A stretch of DNA of 64,000 nt from Escherichia phage teqdroes. The position numbers were made by a program, and so were the translations under genes. Under the pieces are notes generated by a model. It saw only the letters and a list, made by a program, of their open reading frames with translations, was not told the DNA's origin and searched no databases. The stretch lies in the sequence record NC_054932.1; one strand, 5' to 3'. Below, in pieces: positions 31,936-42,537 of this stretch (position 1 is the first letter of the stretch; each line of letters starts with the position of its first letter).

Positions 31936-33395
31936 TTCTTAAAATTCTGAACGAAATAGCATCTATTGGTTCAACTAAGCAGAAGCAAGCAATTCTTGAA
32001 AAGAATAAAGATAATGAATTGCTTAAACGAGTATATCGTCTGACTTATTCTCGTGGGTTGCAGTATTATATCAAGAAATGGCCTAAATCTGGTATTGCTA
32101 CCCAGAGTTTTGGAATGTTGACTCTTACCGATATGCTTGACTTCATTGAATTCACGTTAGCTACTCGGAAATTGACTGGAAATGCGGCAATTGAGGAATT
32201 AACTGGATATATCACTGATGGTAAAAAAGATGATGTTGAAGTTTTGCGTCGAGTGATGATGCGAGACCTTGAATGTGGTGCTTCAGTATCTATTGCAAAC
32301 AAAGTTTGGCCAGGTTTAATTCCTGAACAACCTCAAATGCTCGCAAGTTCTTATGATGAAAAAGGCATTAGTAAGAATATCAAATTTCCAGCCTTTGCAC
32401 AATTAAAAGCAGATGGAGCTCGGTGTTTTGCTGAAGTTAGAGGTGATGAATTAGATGATGTCCGTCTTTTATCACGAGCTGGTAATGAATATCTAGGATT
32501 AGATCTTCTTAAGGAAGAGTTAATCAAAATGACCGCTGAAGCCCGCCAGATTCATCCAGAAGGTGTGTTAATTGATGGCGAATTGGTATACCATGAGCAA
32601 GTTAAAAAGGAGCCAGAAGGCCTAGATTTTCTTTTTGATGCTTATCCTGAAATTAGTAAAGCTAAAGAGTTTGCTGAAGTAGCTGAATCACGTACTACTT
32701 CTAATGGAATCGCTAATAAATCTTTAAAGGGAACTATTTCAGAAAAAGAAGCTCAATGCATGAAGTTTCAGGTCTGGGATTATGTTCCGTTGGTAGAAAT
32801 ATACGGTCTTCCAGCATTTCGTTTAAAATATGATGTACGTTTTTCTAAATTAGAACAAATGACATCAGGATATGATAAAGTAATTTTAATTGAAAACCAA
32901 GTAGTAAATAACCTAGATGAAGCTAAGGTAATTTATAAAAAGTATATTGACCAAGGTCTTGAAGGTATTATTCTCAAAAATATCGATGGATTATGGGAAA
33001 ATGCTCGTTCAAAAAATCTCTATAAATTTAAAGAAGTAATTGATGTTGATTTAAAAATTGTAGGAATTTATCCTCACCGTAAAGACCCTACTAAAGCAGG
33101 TGGATTTATTCTTGAGTCAGAGTGTGGAAAAATTAAGGTAAATGCCGGTTCAGGCTTAAAAGATAAAGCCGGCGTAAAATCACATGAACTTGACCGTACT
33201 CGCATTATGGAAAACCAAAATTATTATATTGGAAAAATTCTAGAGTGCGAATGCAACGGTTGGTTAAAATCCGATGGCCGCACTGATTACGTTAAATTAT
33301 TTCTTCCGATTGCGATTCGTTTACGTGAAGATAAAACTAAAGCTAATACATTCGAAGATGTATTTGGTGATTTTCATGAGGTAACTGGTCTATGA
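31932..33395 (+). CDS. 30: ATP-dependent DNA ligase, 487 aa
   Basis: Length equals T4 ligase; adenylation motif KADGAR (AQLKADGARCF). Confidence 0.96.
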   Translation: MILKILNEIASIGSTKQKQAILEKNKDNELLKRVYRLTYSRGLQYYIKKWPKSGIATQSFGMLTLTDMLDFIEFTLATRKLTGNAAIEELTGYITDGKKDDVEVLRRVMMRDLECGASVSIANKVWPGLIPEQPQMLASSYDEKGISKNIKFPAFAQLKADGARCFAEVRGDELDDVRLLSRAGNEYLGLDLLKEELIKMTAEARQIHPEGVLIDGELVYHEQVKKEPEGLDFLFDAYPEISKAKEFAEVAESRTTSNGIANKSLKGTISEKEAQCMKFQVWDYVPLVEIYGLPAFRLKYDVRFSKLEQMTSGYDKVILIENQVVNNLDEAKVIYKKYIDQGLEGIILKNIDGLWENARSKNLYKFKEVIDVDLKIVGIYPHRKDPTKAGGFILESECGKIKVNAGSGLKDKAGVKSHELDRTRIMENQNYYIGKILECECNGWLKSDGRTDYVKLFLPIAIRLREDKTKANTFEDVFGDFHEVTGL

Positions 33396-33580
33396 AAGCT
33401 TACTTAGAAACAATTGTCGTGGCTCAAAAAGAAGGTGGAGATGTTTCTACTTCTGTATCACAAATCATGATTGAATTTATAGATGCATATGCTTATAATA
33501 AATTCACAGAAACTTTTGATGCTTATGAAAAAGGTCCAAAGTTTGAAATATATCGTACTCTCTTACCAATAGATTATTAA
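33392..33580 (+). CDS. Hypothetical protein, 62 aa
   Basis: ORF track; ATGA overlap with ligase stop; followed by UUCG hairpin. Confidence 0.45.
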   Translation: MKAYLETIVVAQKEGGDVSTSVSQIMIEFIDAYAYNKFTETFDAYEKGPKFEIYRTLLPIDY

Positions 33581-33603
33581 AGGCCTTCGGGCCTTTAATT
33601 TTA
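33579..33603 (+). terminator. Hairpin (UUCG tetraloop), weak terminator upstream of alt
   Basis: AAAGGCC-UUCG-GGCCUUU followed by AAUUUUA. Confidence 0.5.
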
Positions 33604-33629
33604 TAAATAGAATAAACACTAGAGAGGCT

Positions 33630-35726
33630 ATGATGGAACTTATTACAGAATTATTTGACGAAGATACTACTCTTCCGATTACAAACTTAAATCCAAAGAA
33701 GAAAATACCGCAAATTTTTTCAGTTCGTGTTGATGATGCAATTGAACAACCAGGCTTTCGTTTATGCACCTATACATCTGGAGGTGATACTAATCGCGAT
33801 TTAAAGATGGGCGATAAAATGATGCATATTGTTCCTTTTACATTAACTGCCAAAGGTTCAATTGCTAAATTAAAAGGTCTCGGTCCAAGCCCAATTAATT
33901 ATATCAATTCAGTTTTTACTGTTGCAATGCAAACAATGCGTCAGTATAAAATTGATGCTTGTATGCTTCGTATTCTTAAGTCTAAAACCGCTGGTCAAGC
34001 TCGACAAATTCAAGTTATTGCTGATAGACTTATCCGTAGTCGTTCAGGTGGCAGATACGTCCTTCTTAAGGAACTCTGGGATTATGATAAAAAGTATGCA
34101 TATATTCTTATACATCGCAAAAATGTATCACTAGAAGACATTCCAGGAGTTCCGGAAATTAGTACCGAGCTCTTTACTAAAGTTGAATCGAAAGTCGGCG
34201 ATGTTTATATCAATAAAGATACTGGAGCTCAAGTAACTAAAAATGAGGCAATTGCAGCATCTATTGCACAAGAAAATGATAAACGTTCTGACCAAGCTGT
34301 AATCGTTAAAGTTAAAATTTCCCGTAGAGCAATTGCGCAAAGTCAATCATTGGAATCTTCTAGATTTGAAAGTGAATTATTCCAGAAGTATGAATCTACC
34401 GCAGCTAATTTCAATAAACCTGCTACCGCTCCTTTAATTCCCGAAGCAGAAGAAATGAAACTTGGAATTAATTCATTAGCTTCTAAAACTAAGGCAGCAA
34501 AAATTATTGCCGAAGGAACCGCAGATGAACTTCATTATGACTATAAATTCTTTTCAAAAAGTGAGGTTAATGAAGTTTCTGAAAAAATTAAAGATGTAAT
34601 TCTTAATGCGATTAAAAATGAACCGACTACTTCAATAAAATGTTTAGAGAAATACGCAGCAGCTGTTAATCAATTATTTGAAGAATATAAAGATAATTGG
34701 CTTGATAAACATAATAAAACCCGTAAAGGACAGCCAGATGAAGTCTGGGAAGAAATGACTAAAAATTCCTGGAACGCAGCAAAAACTAAATTCCTCAAAA
34801 GAATGATTTACAGCTTTTCTGGAATTGGTGCAGGTCCAATGATTGATATTACTATTGCCCGTGATGGTTCTAAATATACTCCATCACAAAAGCGCGGCAT
34901 TAGAGAGTATTGTGGTTCAGGATATACTGACATCAATAATCTTCTTTTGGGTCGTTACAATCCAGAACGATATGATGTAATGAGTGAAAAAGAAATTGAA
35001 TCTGCTATAAATAACTTAGATTCAGCTTTTGAAAACGGTGACCGTATACCAGAAGGCATTACAGTTTATCGTGCTCAAAGCATGACTGCTCCTATATACG
35101 AAGCACTAGTTAAAAATAAAGTGTTCTATTTCAGAAATTTTGTATCTACTTCTTTAACTCCTATCATTTTTGGACGTTTTGGAATTACGCATACTGGTAT
35201 TGGTCTTTTAGAACCAGAAGCTCGTAATGAATTGACAGTTGATAAAAATGAAGAAGGAATAACTATTAATCCAAGCGAAATAAGAGCGTATAAAGAAAAT
35301 CCTGAATACGTTAAAGTTCAAATAGGATGGGCAATTGATGGAGCTCATAAAGTTAATGTTGTATATCCAGGAAGTCTCGGAATAGCAACAGAAGCTGAAG
35401 TTATTCTACCGCGCGGATTGATGGTCAAAGTTAATAAAATAACTGATGCTTCTAATAATGACGGAACAACATCTAATAATACAAAACTCATTCAAGCTGA
35501 AGTTATGACCACAGAAGAACTCACCGAATCAGTAATCTATGACGGAGACCATTTAATGGAAACTGGTGAATTGGTTACAATGACAGGTGATATTGAAATA
35601 GAAGACAGAGTTGACTTTGCATCATTTGTTTCATCAAATGTTAAACAAAAAGTAGAATCATCTCTTGGAATTATTGCGTCTTGCATAGATATTGCAAACA
35701 TGCCTTACAAGTTCGTTCAAGGATAA
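33630..35726 (+). CDS. alt: Alt ADP-ribosyltransferase (packaged internal protein), 697-698 aa
   Basis: N-terminus MELITELFD (I-T-E site for prohead protease), ART motifs YRAQ, STS, EAEVILPRG; size close to T4 Alt (682 aa). Confidence 0.9.
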   Translation: MMELITELFDEDTTLPITNLNPKKKIPQIFSVRVDDAIEQPGFRLCTYTSGGDTNRDLKMGDKMMHIVPFTLTAKGSIAKLKGLGPSPINYINSVFTVAMQTMRQYKIDACMLRILKSKTAGQARQIQVIADRLIRSRSGGRYVLLKELWDYDKKYAYILIHRKNVSLEDIPGVPEISTELFTKVESKVGDVYINKDTGAQVTKNEAIAASIAQENDKRSDQAVIVKVKISRRAIAQSQSLESSRFESELFQKYESTAANFNKPATAPLIPEAEEMKLGINSLASKTKAAKIIAEGTADELHYDYKFFSKSEVNEVSEKIKDVILNAIKNEPTTSIKCLEKYAAAVNQLFEEYKDNWLDKHNKTRKGQPDEVWEEMTKNSWNAAKTKFLKRMIYSFSGIGAGPMIDITIARDGSKYTPSQKRGIREYCGSGYTDINNLLLGRYNPERYDVMSEKEIESAINNLDSAFENGDRIPEGITVYRAQSMTAPIYEALVKNKVFYFRNFVSTSLTPIIFGRFGITHTGIGLLEPEARNELTVDKNEEGITINPSEIRAYKENPEYVKVQIGWAIDGAHKVNVVYPGSLGIATEAEVILPRGLMVKVNKITDASNNDGTTSNNTKLIQAEVMTTEELTESVIYDGDHLMETGELVTMTGDIEIEDRVDFASFVSSNVKQKVESSLGIIASCIDIANMPYKFVQG

Positions 35727-35729
35727 ATC

Positions 35730-37787
35730 ATGGAACTTATTACAGAATTATTTGACGGCGCTTCGGCGCCGGTTGTTAACTTAAATCCTAAGCATAAAAT
35801 ACCTCAAATTTTTGCTATTCAAGCCGGCGAAGAAAGTGTGCTTCCTGGATTTAGATTTTGTACATACACCTCTGGCGGTGATACAAATAAAAACGTTAAG
35901 CCGGGCGATAAAATGATGCATATCGTAATGATAGGTGTCAACGAGAAATTATCGCTGGTTAAGCTTAGAAACTTGGGTGGAAATCCAATTGGCGTCATTA
36001 ATGCTGTTTTTGATACTGCTCTTCAAACAATGAAACAGTATAAAATCGACGCATGCCTATTCCGCGTACTAAAGAGTAAAACAAATGGCGCAGCTCGTCA
36101 AATGCAAGTTATTGCTGACCGTTTAGTACGTACTAAAGGAGCAGGTCGATATGTTCTCTTAAAGGAAATCTGGGACTATGATAAGAAATATGCATATATT
36201 ATGGTTTACCGTAAAAATGCCAATTTAGAAGACATTCCAGGTGTACCTCCTATTTCAACTGAGTTATTCACAAAAGTTGAATCAAAGGTTGGTGATGTTT
36301 ATGTAGACGTTAAAACAGGTAATGCTGTTCCTAAAGCTGTTGCTGTTGCTGCTTCTATTGCTTTAGAAAATGATAAGCGCACGGATCAAGCTGTTATTCA
36401 GAAAACTAAAATTAGTCGTCGATTAGCAGCACAAGCTCAATATTCTACTGTTGATGCTTCACTTCAGGGTGATAGCTTCGCCGCTAAGAAATATCAAGAG
36501 TTTGAATCTAAAGTTCCGGTATATAAAGCAGAAGGACCAATGAACTCCGGGGTTATCCAGATTGGTTCAAACTTCGGCAAAGGAGCTATCGGTGGTATGA
36601 GAAGTGCTTCTCGTTTTAAATCTAGTGATTATGAACTAGAAAGCTTCCGAAATCATATTGCATTAGCCCATGCACGTTTACGTGATCCATCTATCAAGTT
36701 GCAGAGCGATATAACATATCAAGGTTCTCAAGAATATTTAAAGAATAAAGAATTCTTTGATTATAAAACTGATAAAATTTTAAGCGATCTTGCTGACATT
36801 AATATTTCTAATAGCTTTGATGTTATTAAGAAAATTATTAATGATTTAGTTAAAGGTTCTAAAGCTACGCCAGATGAAAAGACAGCTATTATTCAATTTG
36901 TCATGAATGGCATTTATAAATTGATTAATGAATCTGCTGCCCAGGCATATGAATACGCAAGCACCGAAGTAACTCCAAAAGGATTAACCCAAGCTGAATC
37001 TGATGTAATTGAAGATTATTGTGCAGATTCATATGTTGAAATGAACTCGTTCCTTTTGGGTAAACCAGATTCTACCCGTGAAGAATATATGGAACGAGCT
37101 ATTAAGCACATCGAGACGTTGGATTCTGCCTTTGCCAAAGGATCAGTTCTTCCTCCAGGAACTACACTTTACCGTGGACAAGAAGTTACCTTTAAAACTT
37201 TGCGTCATAACATTGAAAACAAAATGTTCTATTTCAAGAACTTCGTATCGACATCACTTAAACCAAATATCTTCGGTGAGCATGGTAAAAACTATATGGC
37301 TCTAGATGATTCCGGCGCAGTATTTTCTGGCGAAGGAGAAGGTTCCGTTGATGCAGAAGATTTAATGCATATGGGTAGTCATTCTACATATGCCATTGAA
37401 GATGCTGAAACTAGCGTGGGTATGGTAATTAAAGGAGCTGAGCGAATCAAAGTTATCGTTCCAGGTCATTTATCAGGATTTCCATCAGAAGCTGAAGTTA
37501 TTCTACCGCGTGGAATTTTACTGAAGATTAATAAAGTAAGTACGTACTTTATGAAAGAAACTGCTTATAACAAGTATCTAATCGAAGGTACAATCGTTCC
37601 TCCTTCTGAACAATTAGAAGAATCAGTATATGATGGCGACCATTTAATGGAAACTGGTGAAGTTCGTCCAATGGCTGGATTTAATCAATTCCTTGTAGAA
37701 GAATCAAAAGAAGAGGAAAACGAAGTTTCTCAAATCTTGGCTTCTTTGGTTAACATCAACGGAATGTCTAAAAAGTTCAAGATGTAG
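35730..37787 (+). CDS. Alt-like ADP-ribosyltransferase paralog, 685 aa
   Basis: Same N-terminal MELITELFD, conserved first ~230 aa and C-terminal ART motifs (YRGQ, STS, EAEVILPRG), divergent middle. Confidence 0.85.
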   Translation: MELITELFDGASAPVVNLNPKHKIPQIFAIQAGEESVLPGFRFCTYTSGGDTNKNVKPGDKMMHIVMIGVNEKLSLVKLRNLGGNPIGVINAVFDTALQTMKQYKIDACLFRVLKSKTNGAARQMQVIADRLVRTKGAGRYVLLKEIWDYDKKYAYIMVYRKNANLEDIPGVPPISTELFTKVESKVGDVYVDVKTGNAVPKAVAVAASIALENDKRTDQAVIQKTKISRRLAAQAQYSTVDASLQGDSFAAKKYQEFESKVPVYKAEGPMNSGVIQIGSNFGKGAIGGMRSASRFKSSDYELESFRNHIALAHARLRDPSIKLQSDITYQGSQEYLKNKEFFDYKTDKILSDLADINISNSFDVIKKIINDLVKGSKATPDEKTAIIQFVMNGIYKLINESAAQAYEYASTEVTPKGLTQAESDVIEDYCADSYVEMNSFLLGKPDSTREEYMERAIKHIETLDSAFAKGSVLPPGTTLYRGQEVTFKTLRHNIENKMFYFKNFVSTSLKPNIFGEHGKNYMALDDSGAVFSGEGEGSVDAEDLMHMGSHSTYAIEDAETSVGMVIKGAERIKVIVPGHLSGFPSEAEVILPRGILLKINKVSTYFMKETAYNKYLIEGTIVPPSEQLEESVYDGDHLMETGEVRPMAGFNQFLVEESKEEENEVSQILASLVNINGMSKKFKM

Positions 37788-37816
37788 TTTACAAGTCCCT
37801 CGTGTTGTGTTATAGT
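37787..37816 (+). promoter_or_regulatory. Early promoter, copy B of the duplicated promoter-leader cassette
   Basis: GTTTACAAGTCCCTCGTGTTGTGTTATAGT; 52/54 identity to the 22001-22055 copy through the leader AACATGAGGA. Confidence 0.65.
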
Positions 37817-37847
37817 AGTCTTACTGACATAACATGAGGAACACAAA

Positions 37848-38138
37848 ATGAAATCTTCTTTGCGCTTTTTAGGTCAAGAACTTGTAGTTGAAGGCGTTAT
37901 TCCTGCTGATAATGCTTTTAATGAAGCAGTTTATGATGAATTTATCAAAATTTTTGGAACAGATAAAAAGTTCGGAATTTTTCCTTCTGAAAATTTTTCA
38001 AAGCCAGAACAAACTGAAAGTATTTTCCAAGGTGTAGTAACAGGTAAATTCGAGTCAGAAGCTCCGGTAAAAATTGAAGTTTATATTGAAGACAGTTTAG
38101 TTGCTTCAGTTTCTGCTTTCATTTCATTCCGTAAATAA
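37848..38138 (+). CDS. Hypothetical protein, 96 aa
   Basis: ORF track; SD GAGGA; downstream of early promoter copy at 37787-37816. Confidence 0.55.
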   Translation: MKSSLRFLGQELVVEGVIPADNAFNEAVYDEFIKIFGTDKKFGIFPSENFSKPEQTESIFQGVVTGKFESEAPVKIEVYIEDSLVASVSAFISFRK

Positions 38139-38142
38139 AAAT

Positions 38143-38164
38143 ATGGGGACCGAAAGGTCCCCAT
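38143..38164 (-). terminator. Bidirectional hairpin terminator between the 96-aa ORF (+) and gene 54 (-)
   Basis: AUGGGGACC-GAAA-GGUCCCCAU with U-rich flank on the minus strand. Confidence 0.7.
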
Positions 38165-38166
38165 TG

Positions 38167-39132
38167 TTATATTGCTCCTAATATTTTACTCTGCGAATTA
38201 ACAATTCCTGTCATAGTATTAATGTTTGAAATGCTTCCAGCAGTCCCTCCTAATCTACTAAGTCGTGAAAGCGAATTAGATAGCCCAGTAACACCTCCAC
38301 TATTTCCGAGAACGCTTTGAATACCATTTATAGCAGCAGATTCAAGCCATTCAAGCGCAGCTTGCCTATCAACTGCTCCAGCCTGCATCACTCTGTACGC
38401 AAAAGTAACATCAAATGTAGTTATTTGGTTATCTCCATCATATGATAACTCAGGAGCGCTCACTGATATTGGAATGCATCCTGTGAACATCACCGCAGTA
38501 TGAGGTAATCCATTGCGAGAATGAAGATTAACCTGAATATCTGCCTCGACATCTTGTGGCAAAGCGCGTAATCCAGTTACTGGGTCTTGAACAGCGTTAA
38601 CCCAGTCTTGCATTGCACGATAGTTACATGCTTCTGAATCCATTCTAAATGAAATAACCAAAGGGTCTAATTCTCTCCCAGTTATACGAATATTAGGAGA
38701 ATTATAGTTCCAGTCAGTTTCATAGGATAATCTATTCTCTGGCATTTTTACTGAATATATCATCAATCCAGATGAGTTATATGCCATATTAAAGAAGTCA
38801 ATTAAATATGTACCAACTGTAAATGAGCCTAATAAACTTTGAACTGTACGTTGACTCATGGCACCAATAAGATATTTACTAACCCCTGATTTTCTTATCA
38901 GTTTTTGTGTGCCAGCAGTAATTAGCGTGGTAATTCCCTGATTAATATCACCTTGAGTCAATCCTAACCAATCTGAATTTAGGCCCAAGTTATTATAAGA
39001 AAAGTTGCTAATTGAACTTATCAACGAAGAGCTTTTAGTTGATGGAGTTGTCGCAAAAACGCAGCTAAACATATTATTACGTTGGAAATCTGCGTTTATT
39101 GCTTGATTATTAAATTCCTCTAAAGAATACAT
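38167..39132 (-). CDS. 54: Baseplate tail tube initiator gp54, 321 aa
   Basis: Size and synteny 29-48-54; ORF track. Confidence 0.9.
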   Translation of the reverse strand: MYSLEEFNNQAINADFQRNNMFSCVFATTPSTKSSSLISSISNFSYNNLGLNSDWLGLTQGDINQGITTLITAGTQKLIRKSGVSKYLIGAMSQRTVQSLLGSFTVGTYLIDFFNMAYNSSGLMIYSVKMPENRLSYETDWNYNSPNIRITGRELDPLVISFRMDSEACNYRAMQDWVNAVQDPVTGLRALPQDVEADIQVNLHSRNGLPHTAVMFTGCIPISVSAPELSYDGDNQITTFDVTFAYRVMQAGAVDRQAALEWLESAAINGIQSVLGNSGGVTGLSNSLSRLSRLGGTAGSISNINTMTGIVNSQSKILGAI

Positions 39133-40226
39133 TAAAAAGTCCCCGCATATAAAGAAGCACGGTTTAACGTGATAATTTCTCTCATAGTAATCTCAAGAGT
39201 AAATGTACTAGGGAGGTTTGGAGCAATAGCTAATCCGTTAAAGTTACCATTAGGTGTTTTATCAAATCTGATACTCTGGATTTGACATGGACCGAATATT
39301 TCCGTTTTTCCATCAAACTTAGATGTTGCACCAAAGTTTTTCACCATCCAAACTGTCGGGTTTGAAACTACTAGAACGTTAGTTAAACTCGATGTCATTT
39401 TCTCAAATAGTGTTTTATTTTTAGCTGCGTCTTCCGGAGATAAAGGTTCAATTAACGTAGAACGATACCAATCATCTAAATATCCCTTTATTTCAGCAGC
39501 ATATTGAGATTTACCCGTTTCACCATAAGAAAAATAGTTAAAATATTGATAGATATTAATAATAGCCATTAAATCTTCTGTTGAACGTGGAGTCAAATCC
39601 CATGTAAACACTTTAGTTCTATTTTCAGCACCACCATACATACTTCTGGCTGTCGTATAAATCTGTTCATTATTATCAGCCATTATACCTTGTGTTATAC
39701 TTTCCAGCGCCCCAAATACTGCGGTTGAAGCAATATTACTTAGCACACCAGTAGCAGTACCTCCGCCTCTACTGATGAGGCTTTCTTGAACATCATTAAA
39801 TCTATGTGATGATGTATCAACATCAGATTTAGATCTCGGTAAAAGAATATTTGCGATAGGAGATTTACTTATTGTTCCTGAATTATTATTTGATATTAAT
39901 CCATTTGATAGTTTTGATACTGTACTACTAATAGTGTTTCTAGCTGTACGTAAAATACTCGAAGATGAAGAAGAGTAGTTAGATCTCATCGATCTAAGAC
40001 TTCCAGAATCCCTAGATGACATATTGTATGCAGTAAATAATAATCCATTCTTATATAGATCTGTTACCTGGAAGTCCCCTGTAGTGTCATTACCACTAGC
40101 ACGCCCAGTTGGAAACTGGGCAGTGTATGTTTTAGTTCCTACTTCTGATTTAGTACTCTGTCCGGCTGAAATTTTCTCACCAGACTTTTTAATTAAATCA
40201 GCAGTTATTTCTTTAACAATTGCCAT
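39132..40226 (-). CDS. 48: Baseplate tail tube cap gp48, 364 aa
   Basis: Length equals T4 gp48; synteny. Confidence 0.9.
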   Translation of the reverse strand: MAIVKEITADLIKKSGEKISAGQSTKSEVGTKTYTAQFPTGRASGNDTTGDFQVTDLYKNGLLFTAYNMSSRDSGSLRSMRSNYSSSSSSILRTARNTISSTVSKLSNGLISNNNSGTISKSPIANILLPRSKSDVDTSSHRFNDVQESLISRGGGTATGVLSNIASTAVFGALESITQGIMADNNEQIYTTARSMYGGAENRTKVFTWDLTPRSTEDLMAIINIYQYFNYFSYGETGKSQYAAEIKGYLDDWYRSTLIEPLSPEDAAKNKTLFEKMTSSLTNVLVVSNPTVWMVKNFGATSKFDGKTEIFGPCQIQSIRFDKTPNGNFNGLAIAPNLPSTFTLEITMREIITLNRASLYAGTF

Positions 40227-40234
40227 ATTATTCC

Positions 40235-42007
40235 TTAATTAACTCCAGTCGCATCAAATACACCAGGAGCAGTCGTGCTCGTTACGGGTGTCATATTATG
40301 AACGACAGTATTTTTCTTAATAACATTATTAGTATTATTGATTGAAGGAGATGCTTGTTGAACAGGAGCTTGCTGTGCTTTGTTCTTTTCAATCACCTGG
40401 ACTTGTTTCGCTTCTGGTGATTTAGCAGAAGTTTCAGGTTTGGCATTAGGCTGATTTTTCTTGAGCTCTTGATAAGTAGCATCAATTTTAGAAAATCTAG
40501 CAGCAAGTTCTTTTTTAACTGCCGGTGAATTATTTAAATCCGGGTCATCCATCCGTTTTTTAAGGTCTTCATAGGCAGCTTCAACTGATTTAACCGTTGA
40601 GTCTTTACTCATATCAGCTGAATCAGCATATTTTTCAAAGCGAATCATTGCGGCACGGGCTTCATTAGCCTTCATTAAAGCATTTTTTCTTTCTTCAGGT
40701 GAAAGTTGCTTTAATTTTTCTTCTTCTGCCGCACGCTCTTCGTCGGTAGTTAGTGCTTCTTTATTATCAACCCCACGAATCCAATTAGATGCACGAGTTT
40801 TCCAATTAGCAATTTTATCTAATCCTTTTGCTATCGGACCAAGGTCTCCATTCATTCGTTTATCTTGATAATTTGCAACTTTTTCCTGGTCTTCTTTATT
40901 GAGAGATGCTCCAGTAGAATTTTGGAAATTTTCTAATGCTCTTCCTTCTACTTCATCAGCAGTATCCTTCATACCAGGAATGACTCGAAGAATTGCAGCA
41001 GATAATTTAGCCATACCTAATTGAATAAGTTCACCTAAATTAAAAAGAACACTTCCGAGTCCTTCAACAATAGCTGCTGTCAATCCACCCCAATCTCCCG
41101 CTTCCCAAAGTTGTTTAATTTTATCAATAGAATCAAAGATGCTCTGTAATAAAGGACCCCATGTTCCGGTTTCGCTAGAGAATTTAGTAAAGTCAGTATT
41201 AAATAAATCCCAGGCTTTTGAAAATTTATCTGACCAATATTTAAAATGAACCATCAGCAAGTCTATTCCAATAACAACAGCCAATATCATTGCAGTCATT
41301 TTAGCAGCTTCAATAGCAGCACTGATGGTGTACTTAAATAACATGCTTGATATTTTATCACTAATTGAAATGGATTTCTTAAATCCAAAATCAACTGTCT
41401 TTGTTAATTTATCTAAAGCTTGAGATAATTTTAAGTTAAATGCTTCTTTTTTCTGTTTTTCTTCTGGTGATTCTTGCTTTGGCTCAACTGGCTGAGGGGT
41501 AGGGAAAAAATCAGCGTCAGGATCATTATTAACTGCTTCGGGAGCCGGTAATAAAGGACCCACAGATTCAGCAGTATCATCCTCAACGACTTTAACAGGA
41601 ATAGCGCTTTCAACTGTAGCTAAACTAGTCCCAGTCTGTTGAATTCCAGCTGTCTGAATTTTTTGTTCTAATAAACTCGTTAATTTATCTAATTTGCTTC
41701 CGAGTGATTCACCGATTTCTTTATTAATATTGTTGCCAATTTCGACAGTTTCAGCAATTAACTCAGAACCGGCAGTAGTATCACTCACTGCGCTTTCTAC
41801 GTTACCAATTGCTCCAACTATTTCATTCGATTTTTCTTCGACAGTTTGAGCTATTAATTCAGAAGCAGCTTGAGTATCATCCAATTTCGTAGATATATCA
41901 TTAAGTCCAGATAAAGTGTTAGAAGCAGATTTAGCCGCTTCCTGTGTTGGTTTATTATCTGAAATAACTTTTCTACGCATCGTTTGCATTTCTTGTGGCT
42001 TTTTCAT
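40235..42007 (-). CDS. 29: Tail tube length tape measure / baseplate hub protein gp29, 590 aa
   Basis: Length equals T4 gp29; synteny 27-28-29. Confidence 0.9.
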   Translation of the reverse strand: MKKPQEMQTMRRKVISDNKPTQEAAKSASNTLSGLNDISTKLDDTQAASELIAQTVEEKSNEIVGAIGNVESAVSDTTAGSELIAETVEIGNNINKEIGESLGSKLDKLTSLLEQKIQTAGIQQTGTSLATVESAIPVKVVEDDTAESVGPLLPAPEAVNNDPDADFFPTPQPVEPKQESPEEKQKKEAFNLKLSQALDKLTKTVDFGFKKSISISDKISSMLFKYTISAAIEAAKMTAMILAVVIGIDLLMVHFKYWSDKFSKAWDLFNTDFTKFSSETGTWGPLLQSIFDSIDKIKQLWEAGDWGGLTAAIVEGLGSVLFNLGELIQLGMAKLSAAILRVIPGMKDTADEVEGRALENFQNSTGASLNKEDQEKVANYQDKRMNGDLGPIAKGLDKIANWKTRASNWIRGVDNKEALTTDEERAAEEEKLKQLSPEERKNALMKANEARAAMIRFEKYADSADMSKDSTVKSVEAAYEDLKKRMDDPDLNNSPAVKKELAARFSKIDATYQELKKNQPNAKPETSAKSPEAKQVQVIEKNKAQQAPVQQASPSINNTNNVIKKNTVVHNMTPVTSTTAPGVFDATGVN

Positions 42008-42537
42008 TCAAATAATCCAATAATATTGCCAATTCCAGTTATTGGACCATTAGGGCCAGGAATTGCTAAAGTTGTAAAAATATCATTTGCCCATTTTAAA
42101 ACGAATGCTGGCATCTCAAGAAAATTAATTTCTTTAACTTCATCATTGACCTTAAGTAAGCATTTAGATAACATATCGCTCACCGTTAAAAATTGTTCAA
42201 ATTTTCCAGGAGGTCTAAAATAAAATGTATTTCCTTGGTATTGAAATTCCAATCTTTGGCATACATAGACATCATTAATGTCATAAGTATAGCCATCTAT
42301 TTCTTTACGAGATTTAATCTTTCCATTAAATTCCAATAAATGAATAGAAACGAAATCAACTTCTGCCGGTGATAAATTCGGACAAATAGAATCAATAAGA
42401 AGTTTTAAATTTTCATCAGGACCTTTAACATCCTTTAAAATGTTATAATGTTTAAGACCCATTTTAGGAATAGAAACTTCTTTATTGCTTATTGGAAGAA
42501 CTACTTTCTTCAGTGGTAGTATCAGATTTAAATTCAT
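42004..42537 (-). CDS. 28: Baseplate hub distal subunit gp28, 177 aa
   Basis: Length equals T4 gp28; start overlaps gp27 3' end (start uncertain). Confidence 0.8.
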   Translation of the reverse strand: MNLNLILPLKKVVLPISNKEVSIPKMGLKHYNILKDVKGPDENLKLLIDSICPNLSPAEVDFVSIHLLEFNGKIKSRKEIDGYTYDINDVYVCQRLEFQYQGNTFYFRPPGKFEQFLTVSDMLSKCLLKVNDEVKEINFLEMPAFVLKWANDIFTTLAIPGPNGPITGIGNIIGLFE

